Shown here in pieces: positions 63,201 to 64,000 of a stretch of 64,000 nt of DNA. The notes under the pieces were generated by a model. That model was not told the DNA's origin, made no database searches, and saw only the letters and a program-made list of their open reading frames with translations. The stretch comes from Oikopleura dioica (Eukaryota > Animalia > Chordata). Where the stretch lies: assembly GCA_907165135.1 (NCBI GenBank), contig OU015567.1, positions 6,510,001 to 6,574,000 of the forward strand. The letters run 5' to 3'. Each line of letters starts with the position of its first letter. Position 1 is the stretch's first letter. Made by a program: the position numbers and the translations under genes.

Positions 63201-63961
63201 GCCAAAATCAACCCGAGAACCCCGTTGTTAAGAGCCGACCCGACGCTGAACCGGCCTCATCGTTCACCGAAAGATATCCGCGGCGCGTCCGGAAAAAGAC
63301 TGTACCTTTCCAAGGAAGATCATAACAAATCATTTATTATCACTATTTGATCAGAAAAGACAACGAGGATACTTCAAGTCGACGAACCCGCTCTCGTCAC
63401 CAACTTGGACTCTGCGTCGGTCAACCTTCACGCCAGTCGAATCTGGGGGGATGTTGTGATCGCGAATCTGCCGATTCCCTTATTTGGAGATTCGCCTCGT
63501 GCACCTGCTGTTCATAACCTTCGCCGGCGCAAGCCTCGTTTTCTGTTCACTCTTTAACTTGAAAACTAGCCTAATATACGCTTTTATAAAAAACCGCGGA
63601 TAATTGCTCTCCAATTCTTTTGCAAGGCAAATCGTTACCACAACAACTGATTCCACCGCAGAATTTGTCTTTCAAAAGAGACCCAAGCCTGAGCAAACTG
63701 AGCAGCCTCAGGACTACAAGGTACTCTATTTATTTCAGAACTATCCTAAACACGCGCTAGGTGAAAGCGAGATTAGAAGTGACCGGTGGAACTTGGCTAC
63801 TTTTCTCCGAGCAAGGCTGGAAAGGCGACCTAGCTGTAGTGACTACTTCTAACAACGGACGGCGAATGAGTTTTGGTCAGCTGGCGACCGTTCGTTCCGC
63901 CAAAAAAACTCTCCTTCCTCGATTAAAATCATCATCAGCATATCATATCGGGCCGGGTTGA
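57275..63961 (+). CDS. Beta-gamma-crystallin domain protein, interrupted in a coding exon by the LTR element
   Basis: MPVK|LCTEVGFKGDKKKFSGAVDNLAKRQFYGQVKSVM|IDGNRPWVFCADFDFRGKAALIEPGEHADISS|ICNFKVKSMCEL..EMSVT[LTR element]DSTAEF..DYK|VKARLEVTGGTWLLFSEQGWKGDLAVV..TVRSAKK: Greek-key F.G and SV.V..G.W..F...F.G patterns. Confidence 0.78.
58421..58430 (+). promoter_or_regulatory. Primer binding site, tRNA-Leu(UAA)-like
   Basis: TGGTACCAGG 3 nt after the 5' LTR; complementary to a ...CCTGGTACCA tRNA 3' end such as vertebrate tRNA-Leu(UAA); host tRNA not checked. Confidence 0.7.
58694..59729 (+). CDS. gag: Retrotransposon Gag (one extra A in the A7 run at 58793-58799)
   Basis: ATG 58694 MSLETLKWIRE joins the 58854-59729 frame if one A is removed; C-terminal CKYFASGNCRVKNCRFRH. 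Confidence 0.85.
59711..63325 (+). CDS. pol: Retrotransposon Pol in the -1 frame relative to gag, broken by two homopolymer indels (about 60548 and 62114)
   Basis: PR ALVDSGSD; RT YIRMPFG, YVDDILL; RNase H VVCDASKVAIGG, TEREAFAL, TDHKAL; IN AHHKAHTG..C..C, YVDFI, SDQGKHF, LERSHR, GPF motif. Confidence 0.93.
63444..63451 (+). promoter_or_regulatory. Polypurine tract
   Basis: GGGGGGA directly before the 3' LTR TG. Confidence 0.75.
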
Positions 63962-64000
63962 TCCCTGCTCCCTGCTCAGATTCTCGGTTCAAAATAGAAA

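Larger units (their letters stand above)
58223..63645 (+). mobile_element. Full-length Ty3/gypsy LTR retrotransposon (Tor-like), 5423 bp, no env
   Basis: LTRs 58223-58417 and 63452-63645 (TGTTGTG..CACAACA) differ only by one A in a homopolymer; 4-bp TSD ACTG; PBS; PPT; gag and PR-RT-RH-IN. Confidence 0.97.

Overview
Eukaryotic, very gene-dense DNA with mostly 35-50 nt introns, at least one GA-AG and one GG-AG intron, and operon-like gene spacing. This pattern fits the larvacean tunicate Oikopleura (inference from genome style, not a database match). Recognisable genes: PRP19 (3' part), a divergent homeobox gene, a 5S rRNA gene, a tandemly duplicated two-gene unit (VWA protein plus an 89-aa partner sharing a 41-aa module), a Ly6/three-finger-like secreted protein, a Cys-rich/kelch-like membrane protein, chondroitin sulfate synthase, kinesin-2 KIF17, a 2-O-sulfotransferase-like gene, an SLC22 transporter, nuclear receptor NR4A, a p24/TMED gene and a beta-gamma-crystallin gene. 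The crystallin gene is interrupted by a young, full-length 5.4-kb Ty3/gypsy LTR retrotransposon. Non-autonomous DNA elements are abundant: hAT-type with 8-bp TSDs, TTAA|GG..CC|TTAA-type, and palindrome-array MITEs; one 2.6-kb hAT-type element carries a 56-bp hairpin satellite. The most striking observation is two unrelated DNA elements sitting in coding sequence of the same predicted gene, each with ends that could be spliced out while keeping the frame; these are candidate transposon-to-intron conversions in progress. Several frameshifts fall in homopolymer runs and may be long-read assembly errors.
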